Positions 1 through 9,491 of a stretch of 64,000 bases of DNA are shown in pieces. Under the pieces are notes generated by a model, which saw only the letters and a program-made list of their open reading frames with translations, was not told the DNA's origin and did no database searches. The stretch is taken from positions 128,001 to 192,000 of the forward strand of contig OY760074.1 of assembly GCA_963663035.1 (NCBI GenBank), in the 5' to 3' direction. Position 1 is the first letter of the stretch; every line of letters begins with the position of its first letter. Both the position numbers and the translations under genes were made by a program. The DNA comes from Acidobacteriota bacterium (GTDB lineage: Bacteria; Acidobacteriota; UBA6911; RPQK01; JADFOI01).

Positions 1-1
1 G

Positions 2-2011
2 ACCCTGAGATACTTTCTGCAGGACGGGCCACTCCTGGCGGATCAACTTTTGGAGTTCGGACTACAGATTTCTGAAGCTTTGGATGCGGCTCATTCCAGG
101 GGAGTCCTCCACCGAGATATCAAACCGGACAACGTGTTTGTTACCGAGAGCGGCCACATCAAGCTCCTGGATTTTGGTTTGGCCAAGCTGTTGGAACAAA
201 GCCCAGAGGGCGCTCCAGGCACAAATCAGACGCCGCAAGGACCTTTGACCGCGGCCGGGGTAGCGGTTGGGACCCCCTATTACATGTCGCCCGACCAACT
301 GCTGGACAGGGAGTTGGATGACCGCAGCGACGTTTTCTCCCTTGGTGTTCTTCTTTATGAGATGGCCACCGGACAACTCCCTTTCAAAGGGAGTGACCTC
401 AGCGCACTTTTTAATGAGATCCTCAACAAGGCACCCACCTCCCCAACCCAATTAAATCCTGACTTACCCGATGGATTGGGACAAGTGCTGAACAAGGCAT
501 TGGAAAAGAATCGGAACTTGCGCCATCAATCAGCCAAAGAGCTGATGGCGGATTTAGTGCGCATCAAGCGACAGGCCCAGTTCTCCTCAAAATCGGGCGC
601 TGTGAACGCACAGGCCGATAAACCTTCGATTGCCGTGCTTCCCTTTGTCAATATGAGTGCGGACCCGGATAACGAGTACTTCAGTGATGGTTTAGCCGAA
701 GAATTAATCAATGCCCTGACCCAGCTGAAAGGGTTGGATGTGGCCGCCCGAAGCTCAACTTTCAACTTGAAGGGGCTTGATCAAAGTATTGCAGAGGTTG
801 GCAGACGACTGAATGTCGACACCATCCTTGAGGGAAGTGTGCGAAAGGCAGACAAGCGCCTTCGCATTACGGCTCAGCTGATCAATACAGCCGACGGTTA
901 TCATATCTGGTCTGAGCGGTACGACCGGGAGATGGAGGACATTTTCGAACTTCAAGACGAGATTACTCGAAAGATCGTCAATAAGTTGAGAGTGAACCTT
1001 TCCCAGGACTCTCAGGAGTTGCTGGTCAAGCGCTACACCAAAAACGTGAACGCCTATAATCTGTATTTAAAGGGTCGCTATCATCTGAGTCAGCGAACTG
1101 AGCAGAGTATTCTCAAAGCGATCGATTGTTTTGAGCAGGCGGTGTCTGAAGACGGTGGATATGCATTGCCCCATGCCGGCCTGGCCGAAGCCTATATTCT
1201 GCTGAACATCGATTGTCCCATACTTTTTTGTGACAGAGATCCTGCCGAAATGGTGTCCAAGGCAAAACAGGCCGCTCAAAAGGCCATCGAGGTGGATGAC
1301 TCGTGCGCTGAAGCCCACGTCGCTCTGGCCTTGATTTTTTACCGGCTGGACTGGGACTGGAAACGAGCTGAGCAGGAATTTCGACTAGCCCTCGAACGCA
1401 ACCAGAGTCTTGCCACTGCCCATCACCAATATGCCATGTTTCTGGCTTCGGTCAGTCGCTTCGAGGAGGCACTCGCTGAAATCAGAAAGGCTCATGAGCT
1501 GGATCCGCTTTCACCCATCATTGGCACCGCTGTGGGTCGTATTTTGCATTTTGCCCGTCGCTTCGATGAAGCCCTTGATCAATGTCTGCGCACGATTGAG
1601 CTGAGCCCGCAGTTCCCTGGTGCCTACTTTGATTCGGGCTTGACCTATCTTGCCAAAGGCATGCACCAGGAAGCCCATGCGTCTTTCGAGAAGCTCAGCG
1701 GAATTTCCGGAGATCCGAAGCGAGGATTGATGGAGCTGTCATGGGTTTACAGCAGCATGGGTGAACGAGACAAGGCGTTCGAGCTGGTGGAAAAATTGAT
1801 GGAGCTTTCCACGGAAAATCTTCCCCGCGTCCCTCTGGCTCTCCTACATACCGGATTGGGAGATCTGGATAAGGCTTTTGAACTCCTTCAAGAGGGGTAC
1901 GCACAAAGGGACAGTAACCTTCTCTATATTGGGTGTGAGCCGCTGTTTGATCATCTTCGCGGCGACCCTCGCTTTACTGAGCTGCTGCAGCAGATGAACT
2001 TTGAAGCCTAG
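2..2011 (+). CDS. Hanks-type Ser/Thr protein kinase with TolB-N-like domain and TPR repeats (5' truncated by window edge)
   Basis: HRDIKPDN, DFGLAK, GTPYYMSP kinase motifs; SIAVLPF..YFSDGLAEELI domain; C-terminal TPR-like helices; frame is open back to base 2. Confidence 0.93.
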   Translation, partial: TLRYFLQDGPLLADQLLEFGLQISEALDAAHSRGVLHRDIKPDNVFVTESGHIKLLDFGLAKLLEQSPEGAPGTNQTPQGPLTAAGVAVGTPYYMSPDQLLDRELDDRSDVFSLGVLLYEMATGQLPFKGSDLSALFNEILNKAPTSPTQLNPDLPDGLGQVLNKALEKNRNLRHQSAKELMADLVRIKRQAQFSSKSGAVNAQADKPSIAVLPFVNMSADPDNEYFSDGLAEELINALTQLKGLDVAARSSTFNLKGLDQSIAEVGRRLNVDTILEGSVRKADKRLRITAQLINTADGYHIWSERYDREMEDIFELQDEITRKIVNKLRVNLSQDSQELLVKRYTKNVNAYNLYLKGRYHLSQRTEQSILKAIDCFEQAVSEDGGYALPHAGLAEAYILLNIDCPILFCDRDPAEMVSKAKQAAQKAIEVDDSCAEAHVALALIFYRLDWDWKRAEQEFRLALERNQSLATAHHQYAMFLASVSRFEEALAEIRKAHELDPLSPIIGTAVGRILHFARRFDEALDQCLRTIELSPQFPGAYFDSGLTYLAKGMHQEAHASFEKLSGISGDPKRGLMELSWVYSSMGERDKAFELVEKLMELSTENLPRVPLALLHTGLGDLDKAFELLQEGYAQRDSNLLYIGCEPLFDHLRGDPRFTELLQQMNFEA

Positions 2012-2086
2012 GTCAGCCGCCTGGATGGCGTTCTGAATCGTATCGGGTATAAGGTTGAACAAATCCATTTTTTTGGGGAGGTCACC

Positions 2087-3766
2087 ATGAGAGGAAACAC
2101 CATAGCAGGGACGCTTTTCCTTGCTCTATTCCCGACAGTGTCGGTATTGGCGGCGGCACAGCCAACTTTACAGGCCGGAAATCCGGGCGATGAGCACTCT
2201 ACGGTCAGTTGCTCGCAGTTCATGGCGCCGCCGAAAGATGTAAACGGCACCAGGGTGGGCCAAGAAGAGTGCCTGATGCAGGACCATGGCATCGTGGAGC
2301 CCAATCTGAAATATCACCGGGTGGACATGGGCATCACAGGCACCCTTTCGGGTTGGATTGTGAAGGAGGGGCCGCGCCAGAACCACTTCACGTCGGGTCC
2401 GGATTTTATCTTTACCCAGTTAGGAAATCCCCACAACCCACGTTTCCACGGGATCTTGCGCTATGAAGCCGCCAAAGGGACGTCTCTCACTCTCACCTAT
2501 CCGGAGAGCGGATGGAATGGAAAGTTATTCGTCCTGGTGCATGGAAGCGGGGGGGCATTCCTTTATGGGAATATGAGGCCATGGGATCAGTATTTCGATC
2601 CTGAAAAGCCCTTTGATTCCAATAAATATGAGGAAGCGATGCTGGCCAAGGGCTATGCCATAGCAAGAACCCGGCGGAATGCCGCGCGCAGATCGAGGGG
2701 AGACTATTCCGCAATTTTAGATGACGGCACAGTCTGGCCGGACCAGAACGTCAACATGATCCCGGAACTGATCTTGGATGAGGTCAGGATGGTGGGCAAT
2801 TTTCTCAAAGAACGTTTGGGCCGGGCACCCACCCGAAATTACTGGTACGGTCATTCGGCCGGGGGGTACTCAGGCTTTGCGCTCAACTATCTGATCCAAT
2901 CCAACCCCGACATCAATAAGGATGCGGATGGAAGGCAAACGATTAGTGGATTCATCCTGGACGATCCGGGCGGCGGGATGTTCCTTCCTATTCAGGTGAA
3001 GAACGGTCAGGATATCCTGTACCGCACGGCGGAATCAAAATCGCAATTCGTCAAATCCTTTTCGATCGCTCATCAGGCTTACTCGCTCATCTACTCGAAC
3101 TTTGTCCCCGGGGATATGGACTTGAGCAACATACCCGAAGGGATTTCCCCGGTCTTTCTGACCAATAAAAGAAAAACGGCGAAGCTCATGAGAGATAAAG
3201 GGATAGACAATTTCCGGATGTATGAAGTTCGCGGTGTCAGCCACAGCGGCGGGGAAAGTTTGGAGAATGGCAGGCGTGGGGATGTCCAAATTCTAAATCT
3301 ATCTCGACTGATGGATGGGGTGATTGATCTTCTGGATAACTGGGTGGAGAAAGGGATCGAGCCGCCTGGCACGAAATCTGACGATCCCAGCGTGGGCGCC
3401 AGCGGCCCCGCCATTAATCTGCCGGAAACGGCCTGCCCGCTAGGGCAGTATTATCCCTTTCCTCCAGGCGGAGGTGCGGGCTCCACCGGCTTTGCGGTCT
3501 ATGATGGGACGAGTCTGGAACCGTTGGATGGGCAGGTGCAGTATGTGGACATGAACAGAAACGGAACCCGCGACAAGAGGGAGACGGTCACACAGGCGTG
3601 GCACCGGATGGGGCTTCTGAGAGCGGGCGAGACGTTCAGCCGGGCCCAGTACGTAGCGTGTGTCCAGAGCACCGCCGCCAAACTCCAGAAGGAGAATCTG
3701 ATCACCGAAAATATCGCCAGCCTGTACCTCGAGGACGCGCAGAAGGAAGCCTTACCAGCACAGTAG
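2087..3766 (+). CDS. Exported alpha/beta-hydrolase-like protein
   Basis: Signal peptide; WNGKLFVLVHG, GHSAGG nucleophile elbow, late VSH candidate catalytic His; GGAGG RBS. Confidence 0.65.
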   Translation: MRGNTIAGTLFLALFPTVSVLAAAQPTLQAGNPGDEHSTVSCSQFMAPPKDVNGTRVGQEECLMQDHGIVEPNLKYHRVDMGITGTLSGWIVKEGPRQNHFTSGPDFIFTQLGNPHNPRFHGILRYEAAKGTSLTLTYPESGWNGKLFVLVHGSGGAFLYGNMRPWDQYFDPEKPFDSNKYEEAMLAKGYAIARTRRNAARRSRGDYSAILDDGTVWPDQNVNMIPELILDEVRMVGNFLKERLGRAPTRNYWYGHSAGGYSGFALNYLIQSNPDINKDADGRQTISGFILDDPGGGMFLPIQVKNGQDILYRTAESKSQFVKSFSIAHQAYSLIYSNFVPGDMDLSNIPEGISPVFLTNKRKTAKLMRDKGIDNFRMYEVRGVSHSGGESLENGRRGDVQILNLSRLMDGVIDLLDNWVEKGIEPPGTKSDDPSVGASGPAINLPETACPLGQYYPFPPGGGAGSTGFAVYDGTSLEPLDGQVQYVDMNRNGTRDKRETVTQAWHRMGLLRAGETFSRAQYVACVQSTAAKLQKENLITENIASLYLEDAQKEALPAQ

Positions 3767-3822
3767 GCAGGCGCGAACCGATGGCTGGAGGGTCCGTAAT
3801 CAGGAGAGTCGCGAGACGGCTC

Positions 3823-4470
3823 CTACGACCCTTCCCCACTCGCCATGAGGCCCATGTGCTGCTTGGCTTGAGCGACACCACCCTCTCCCTGTTGCCAGCC
3901 CACACGACCATCGCCGTTGGCGTCGGTCCCGTCGACGATGTGCTGGGTCAACTCCTGGAGCTGCTGTAGTGAGGGAGCGGCCTGAGCTGCGGTAGAGGCA
4001 CTCAGGACTTTTTCGCTGAGCTGCATGACCTCCTGGCCCCAGGTCACCACATTATCAGCGCTGCTCTTGACGTGCTCGGCGTGTAGCTTCACATTATCGG
4101 AAGCATCTCCCGCATTGGAGGCAAAACCGATGTGACTGGAAACTCCCTGAGCTGCCTTTACGATGCCGTATCCCTTACCCGGCCCCCCCGACTCGCTGGC
4201 TGCATCAATGGCATGCCGGACGTGTCTCGTATGGGTCTGCATCGAGTTCAGATCGGAAAGATCTCGGGCCGCAAGGCCCGCATGCTGTGCGGCGATCTGG
4301 GCTTCCTGTTCTAAGATCGTCAGCAGTCCGACGTTGTCGGGGGTATCGCCCCAACTCTCGGTCACGTGCCCCATGTGGCTGTGTGATTCTTTCTCAGACT
4401 GAGCCAGCACCTGAGGCTGCACGACGACGGCAATCAGTACCATTACAAAGCCGATAGCGAATCTTTTCAT
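3823..4470 (-). CDS. Exported His-rich helical hypothetical protein
   Basis: Signal peptide, GGAGG RBS, repeated HxG motifs, DANGDG EF-hand-like loop. Confidence 0.75.
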   Translation of the reverse strand: MKRFAIGFVMVLIAVVVQPQVLAQSEKESHSHMGHVTESWGDTPDNVGLLTILEQEAQIAAQHAGLAARDLSDLNSMQTHTRHVRHAIDAASESGGPGKGYGIVKAAQGVSSHIGFASNAGDASDNVKLHAEHVKSSADNVVTWGQEVMQLSEKVLSASTAAQAAPSLQQLQELTQHIVDGTDANGDGRVGWQQGEGGVAQAKQHMGLMASGEGS

Positions 4471-4575
4471 TCAATACCTCCCTCTTATGTTTACAATAAA
4501 CGTGTAGACCGATTGTATGTCTGTGTGGTAGCAGAGTCAAAGAGTAGAGCAAGAAGGGATTTGCACCAGGCCTTC

Positions 4576-5640
4576 TTATCCCCCAGGTTCGTTATCGATT
4601 ACAGCTTTGAAGTCCTCCCAGATCGGATCCTTGATGGACTGCCACACCTCCGTTTCCACAAGAGATGGCCGCTCGGTCTGCAGGAGCCTTTCAAATTCCT
4701 CCCAGCCCTCGATGGGCAGTCCCATGCGAACATAGTTCAGAAGTAGCCTGACTGCATTGCCCAGATAATCGTAAGGATTTTCAGTTTGATCAATGGCTGA
4801 CTCCAGTTCACTGATTTTACTTTGGTAAAAATCGGGGTATTCAGAGTTGGCTCTCCGATAGGAACCATTTCTCCAGGCGAAGATCTCCTCAACTGAAGGT
4901 GCTATAACGTGGGGCAAGTACTCGTAGGTCTCCCACTCTGTCTCGACTGCAATGACCTCTAATGACCCATCCTCAACCAGATCCACTAAGGATTTTGGGA
5001 AAAGACTCCCACTGATAGGCTCTGTCAAATCGATGGACCGAGAGCCCTGTACCTGGTACACCCTAATCTGTTCACACGACCAGGCAGTACCTGAGCAATT
5101 CTTCCGAATGACGATCTCCCTGAATCCATCTCCATTGACGTCGGTATCGTTGAGTTCGTGGAAAGACAAGGCCCTCCTTTCAAACACGTCTCTCCTCAGC
5201 AGTTCTGTACCCTTTGCATCAAATCTGTAGATGCGGAATTCCGAGACCCTTCCAACCAGGTCCTCTTCCTTTTCTAAAAGGGTTACCAGATGAGGCGCTA
5301 AACCATCCTGATAGGGATACAAATAATCTTTGAGTTCAAAGCCATCCCTCTCTATTTGCTCCAGCTCTTCGCTGAAGGACTCGGTCTTGCTGCCTGGAGT
5401 CGTGCACAAGAACTCAAAGCGACAAACAGGACCACGACCCAGCACAATCGACGTTGCATCACTCACCTCTGGACAGCTCGAACCACACAAGCTTACACAT
5501 TCACTTGGATGAGAAATGACCTGTGAGGTTTCCAAAAGTCGAGCAATCCGGCTTCCCCAAGCAGAAATAGTCGGAACCGCAACCAGTGTCACCCAGGCGA
5601 AGGCTTCTCCTCGACAAACGCAAATCCTCCTGGATCTCAT
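4576..5640 (-). CDS. Hypothetical protein with FG-GAP/VCBS-like DxNGDG motif (start uncertain)
   Basis: Long ORF, DVNGDGFREIV and DLVEDGSLEVI repeats; ATG at 5640 avoids overlap with the divergent gene. Confidence 0.55.
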   Translation of the reverse strand: MRSRRICVCRGEAFAWVTLVAVPTISAWGSRIARLLETSQVISHPSECVSLCGSSCPEVSDATSIVLGRGPVCRFEFLCTTPGSKTESFSEELEQIERDGFELKDYLYPYQDGLAPHLVTLLEKEEDLVGRVSEFRIYRFDAKGTELLRRDVFERRALSFHELNDTDVNGDGFREIVIRKNCSGTAWSCEQIRVYQVQGSRSIDLTEPISGSLFPKSLVDLVEDGSLEVIAVETEWETYEYLPHVIAPSVEEIFAWRNGSYRRANSEYPDFYQSKISELESAIDQTENPYDYLGNAVRLLLNYVRMGLPIEGWEEFERLLQTERPSLVETEVWQSIKDPIWEDFKAVIDNEPGG

Positions 5641-5705
5641 TATGATATATTTGAGAAACACATCAGAAGAAAGACGCACTTGAGACATTTTCGGAGGTAA
5701 GCGGA

Positions 5706-6992
5706 ATGAGAATATTGCTTGTCGCAGTGGCAGCTTTTCCCCTTCTTTTCTCGGGATGCGCTCAGACCGAGGGAACTGACTCAATGTCCACGGACCTGAC
5801 CGTTTCTCCAGCTCTATCCTTCATTGAACCCGTCACGGTGGGAAATCCTGAGGACAACCCCTCTGATCCTTATCTGAGAACGGGTGCCAACGGGAAGGTA
5901 TTCCTCAGTTGGTCTGAGCAAGCCGAGAATGTGGAGGGCCGCAATGTCTTTGTTGCCAATCTGGCCAGTGACGGCAGGGTGTCGGGCCAGCCCCGGCAGA
6001 TGAACGACCAGCCGGGAGAGATTTCCTCCCATGGCGGTGAGAATCTGGCCAAGTTTACCATCGACTTGAACGGCGGAGTGGCGGGTATCTGGATGATGCC
6101 GCTTCCCGAGTACCATACGGGTGAGATGCGCACTACTCATGCCGACCACGATGGGTCCTTTTATGCGGCGACCACCGTGAACGACGACGGCAAGGCCGTC
6201 AACCACGCCTTCTCCACGATCACTACCGGCCCTGATGGCAAGATTTATGCCGCCTGGATTGACGGGCGCAACCGGACCGACTTCGAGGATGATCGCCAGC
6301 AGATGTACATGGCGGTTTCCGAGGATGGTGGTAAAACCTACGGAAAGAACTCTCCCGTCGGCCAGGGGGTCTGTCCCTGCTGTCGCCCGAACATCGCCTT
6401 TCTGGATGGTGGTAAAACCCTGGTGGTTTCTCATCGATTCGTGACCAAACCGGAGAATGTGCGCAATCACGTCGCCATTCGCTCCACCGATGGCGGCCAA
6501 ACTTTCAGTGATCCTGTCCTGATCAGTGACGACGGTTGGGTCAGCCGAAGCTGCCCCCACGCCGGCACTTCGCTAACAGCCGATGGTCGAGGTCGACTCC
6601 ATTCGGTTTGGTGGACGGGTGGGCGGACGGATGAGGAAGCGGGTATTTACTACACATACTCCGACGATGGCGGCCGCAGTTTTCTCCCCAGGCAGCTCAT
6701 TACCAAGGCTTCGCCCGACAGGGTTCTGCACACCCAGGTGAGGACGGACGAAAACAACAACCTCTACGCAGTCTGGGTCAACATCAAAGATGAAAAGCCT
6801 CAAATCTTCATGGCCCATCGCCAGGCCGGTGAGGAAGAGTGGAGCCAGATCAACCAGTTGAGTGATGGGACTCAGAACGCCCTCTTTCCCATGCTGGCCT
6901 TGGATGACAGCCACCTGTATGTTGTCTGGACAGAGAGAAAAGGAGAAACCTCCCAGGTTAAAGTGCGGACCGCCATCTTGACCAACGGCTAA
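5706..6992 (+). CDS. BNR/Asp-box (sialidase-fold) beta-propeller lipoprotein
   Basis: Lipobox FSGC; Asp boxes SEDGGKTY, STDGGQTF, SDDGGRSF; CPCC and CPH motifs. Confidence 0.85.
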   Translation: MRILLVAVAAFPLLFSGCAQTEGTDSMSTDLTVSPALSFIEPVTVGNPEDNPSDPYLRTGANGKVFLSWSEQAENVEGRNVFVANLASDGRVSGQPRQMNDQPGEISSHGGENLAKFTIDLNGGVAGIWMMPLPEYHTGEMRTTHADHDGSFYAATTVNDDGKAVNHAFSTITTGPDGKIYAAWIDGRNRTDFEDDRQQMYMAVSEDGGKTYGKNSPVGQGVCPCCRPNIAFLDGGKTLVVSHRFVTKPENVRNHVAIRSTDGGQTFSDPVLISDDGWVSRSCPHAGTSLTADGRGRLHSVWWTGGRTDEEAGIYYTYSDDGGRSFLPRQLITKASPDRVLHTQVRTDENNNLYAVWVNIKDEKPQIFMAHRQAGEEEWSQINQLSDGTQNALFPMLALDDSHLYVVWTERKGETSQVKVRTAILTNG

Positions 6993-6993
6993 G

Positions 6994-7569
6994 ATGCATC
7001 GCGGACGACTCTCGACTACACTTCTTTGCCTGTGGCTGCTCCCGGGATGCGCTAACAACGAGTCTCCTGGTTCCGCCACGAACCCTGAACTCGATTCTGT
7101 TGCCCCGGACCAACTGGGCATCATTCAGCCCGGCTCTCCTGAGCCGGGGGGATTGGCGCCTGACTTTGTCCTCTGGGATCTGGAAAGGAACAGTGTCAGG
7201 CTCTCTGACCTGAGGGGACAAGCCGTTGTTCTGAATTTCTTCGCCTCCTGGTGCGTTCCCTGCCTGGCCGAACTACCTTTGATTCAGGAGGCTCACCTTC
7301 AGGCAGAAGAGAAAGGGTGGGTGGTTCTTGGGATAGCTGTCCAGGACAGTCGTCAGGCCGTCCGATCCCTATCAAAATCAATGGGGCTCACCTACCCCAT
7401 GCTGTTTGATGGGGACAGCTCGGTGGGCCTGGCCTATGAGGTCATCGGCCCTCCGGCCACCTTCTTCATCGACGGAACGGGTAAGATCGTCTCTTCGGCT
7501 TTAGGCGTCATGGACCATGAGGAACTGGAGCGGGAACTGAAGAAACTGCGTGATGGTGCCCGGCCTTAG
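6994..7569 (+). CDS. TlpA/ResA-family thiol-disulfide oxidoreductase lipoprotein
   Basis: Lipobox LPGC; APDF, VLNFFASWCVPC; starts 1 nt after upstream stop. Confidence 0.9.
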   Translation: MHRGRLSTTLLCLWLLPGCANNESPGSATNPELDSVAPDQLGIIQPGSPEPGGLAPDFVLWDLERNSVRLSDLRGQAVVLNFFASWCVPCLAELPLIQEAHLQAEEKGWVVLGIAVQDSRQAVRSLSKSMGLTYPMLFDGDSSVGLAYEVIGPPATFFIDGTGKIVSSALGVMDHEELERELKKLRDGARP

Positions 7570-7617
7570 ACCAACTCATCCCAGAAAGACCTTCAATTTC
7601 CGCAACTCATGGCCGGG

Positions 7618-8760
7618 CTAAGGGCGTTGGGGCTGGCGGGCAGCGAGGGGCTTGATCCCTACGGTCCAGGAGAGGGGAACCGACATCGGGTTGTAGCAAA
7701 CCTTGTCGTCGCAGGCCTGATACTCGAGGGTGCCCGTGAGTGTCAGCGTGCCCAGTGCGTCAAATGCCGGCCGGTCCTCCCGAAGGGTTTCGGTCACCAC
7801 GTCCTGCATCAAGGTGAACGATTTCTGATAAACAGGCACGCGCTCATCGAGCGGTTCGAAGTAATAGATCTCGGAAGAAGGATGCTGTACGGGGAGAAGG
7901 TTAACGAAGCGTTGCGGCTCGATTCGAAGGGTGATAACTCGATAGCCTTCAGCACCCGGGGCGTAGACGTGCATATTGGGCCGAGGTGTGATTTCAACGG
8001 CCAAAGTGAAGCGCTCACCCCGAGCGATCACCGAGTCACTGGGATAGGTCTTGATCTGGACCTGGCTATTCGAGATCTCGGTTCCATGAACGGAACCGGC
8101 TCCCACGCCCAATTTCACCAGGATGCTGGCGGCTGTGTTCCGTTCCTGGTAGAAGTCCTCGAAGAACCGGTCCGTGACCACACCCTGAGGGTCAAGTATG
8201 AATGTGCCGGGATAGGCGATACCCACGAACCGCTCACTCGGGCTGGTCACCGATACGTACTCTTGGAAGTCGGCCATGACCGCCGGGTCGTCTCCATTGG
8301 GACCGAGGGATTCCTCGGTGACCGTGTTATAAATGCCGTACCGTTTGATGGTTGCCGAGCCCGGGTCCGAGAGCATCGTGAAGGTGATGCCATGCTGCCG
8401 CGTGAACTCTGCCTGCGCCTCCGACGAGTCGTAGCTGATGACTGTCAGTTCCAGCCCCTGTTGGCGAATCTCATCGACCCTGCCCTGCAGCTCGACCAGC
8501 TGCGTTCTACAGTAGGGTCACCAATCCGCCGATCTCACGAAGACGAGCATCGCTCCCTTCGGCCCCATGATGGACGGCAGTGTCCAGGTCTTGCCCTGCT
8601 GATCCTTCAGGCTGAAGTCAGGTACTGTCTCGCCAATCTGAGGGCCGAGTTTGGAGACATCGACCTTCGTTCGTGCCGGAAACTGCGTCTGAGCCTGTGC
8701 CACCCCCGTGAACCCTATGATCCATGTCGCCACTACAATGACCATCAGTCTTTTGGACAT
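7618..8760 (-). CDS. Probable selenoprotein: exported AhpC/TSA-like redoxin (UxxC) fused to DsbD N-terminal-like domain, 380 aa
   Basis: ORFs 8760-8518 and 8376-7618 are in frame; single TGA at 8520-8518 reads RSADW-U-PYCRTQLVEL; SECIS-like hairpin follows; C-terminal YQACDDKVCY motif. Confidence 0.88.
8476..8519 (-). promoter_or_regulatory. Bacterial SECIS-like hairpin
   Basis: Upper stem GCAGCT-GGTCG-AGCTGC starts 14 nt after the UGA; lower stem GACCCT/AGGGTC; G-first apical loop. Confidence 0.7.
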
Positions 8761-9026
8761 TTCTACCTCCTAAGTCGAGCATTTCGGGATGCCCGCTTCC
8801 TTTTAATCCAACAATACACATCATTTTAGATGTTTCAGGTAGGGATCTCAATGGTGAATGTCCGGATTGGGGTTAAAGAATCGGAAAATGAACATTTCCC
8901 CCTCTTTCCGAACTTGTATGTTAGACAATGAAATGGTATTCATGGATACAGTTCACCTTAAGAAAGAAAGTTTGGATGAAGCCCAGGCCGCGATAGATTT
9001 CTTTCCCTACAGAAAGGAGCATACGG

Positions 9027-9491
9027 ATGCCAGATTCATTTACACTCAACATTAACGGAAAAGCCCATACCGTCCAGGTGGACGGCGACGTGCCCTTGCT
9101 CTGGGTCATCCGCGAGACTCTTCAGCTGACCGGCACCAAGTTCGGCTGCGGAATCGCCCAGTGCGGCGCCTGTACGGTTCACGTGGACGGTCAGCCCATG
9201 CGATCCTGTCAACTTCAGGTGAGCCGGGTGGTCGGCCGCGAGATCACCACCATTGAAGGGATTCGGGAAGATCATGCGGTGAAGCAAGCCTGGATCGATG
9301 TGCAGGTCCCCCAGTGCGGCTATTGCCAGTCGGGACAGATCATGTCGGCGGTGGCCCTGGTGGAGAAAAACTCCAATCCCAGCGAGGAGGAGATCATCGC
9401 TGCCATGGAAGGCAATCTGTGCCGCTGTGGAACCTACATGCGCATAAAGCGGGCCATCAGGCAGGCGGCCCAGGAGGTGAGGAACTCATGA
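9027..9491 (+). CDS. (2Fe-2S)-binding small subunit of IorA/aldehyde oxidoreductase-type molybdoenzyme
   Basis: GTKFGCGIAQCGAC, QCGYCQSG, NLCRCG; AAGGAG RBS. Confidence 0.93.
   Translation: MPDSFTLNINGKAHTVQVDGDVPLLWVIRETLQLTGTKFGCGIAQCGACTVHVDGQPMRSCQLQVSRVVGREITTIEGIREDHAVKQAWIDVQVPQCGYCQSGQIMSAVALVEKNSNPSEEEIIAAMEGNLCRCGTYMRIKRAIRQAAQEVRNS

Noticed and set aside
7609-8829. 406-aa plus-strand ORF
   Set aside because: Antisense shadow of the selenoprotein; no recognisable motifs
8915-8929. TTGT-N7-ACAA palindrome upstream of the molybdoenzyme genes
   Set aside because: Too short to assign to a regulator; single copy
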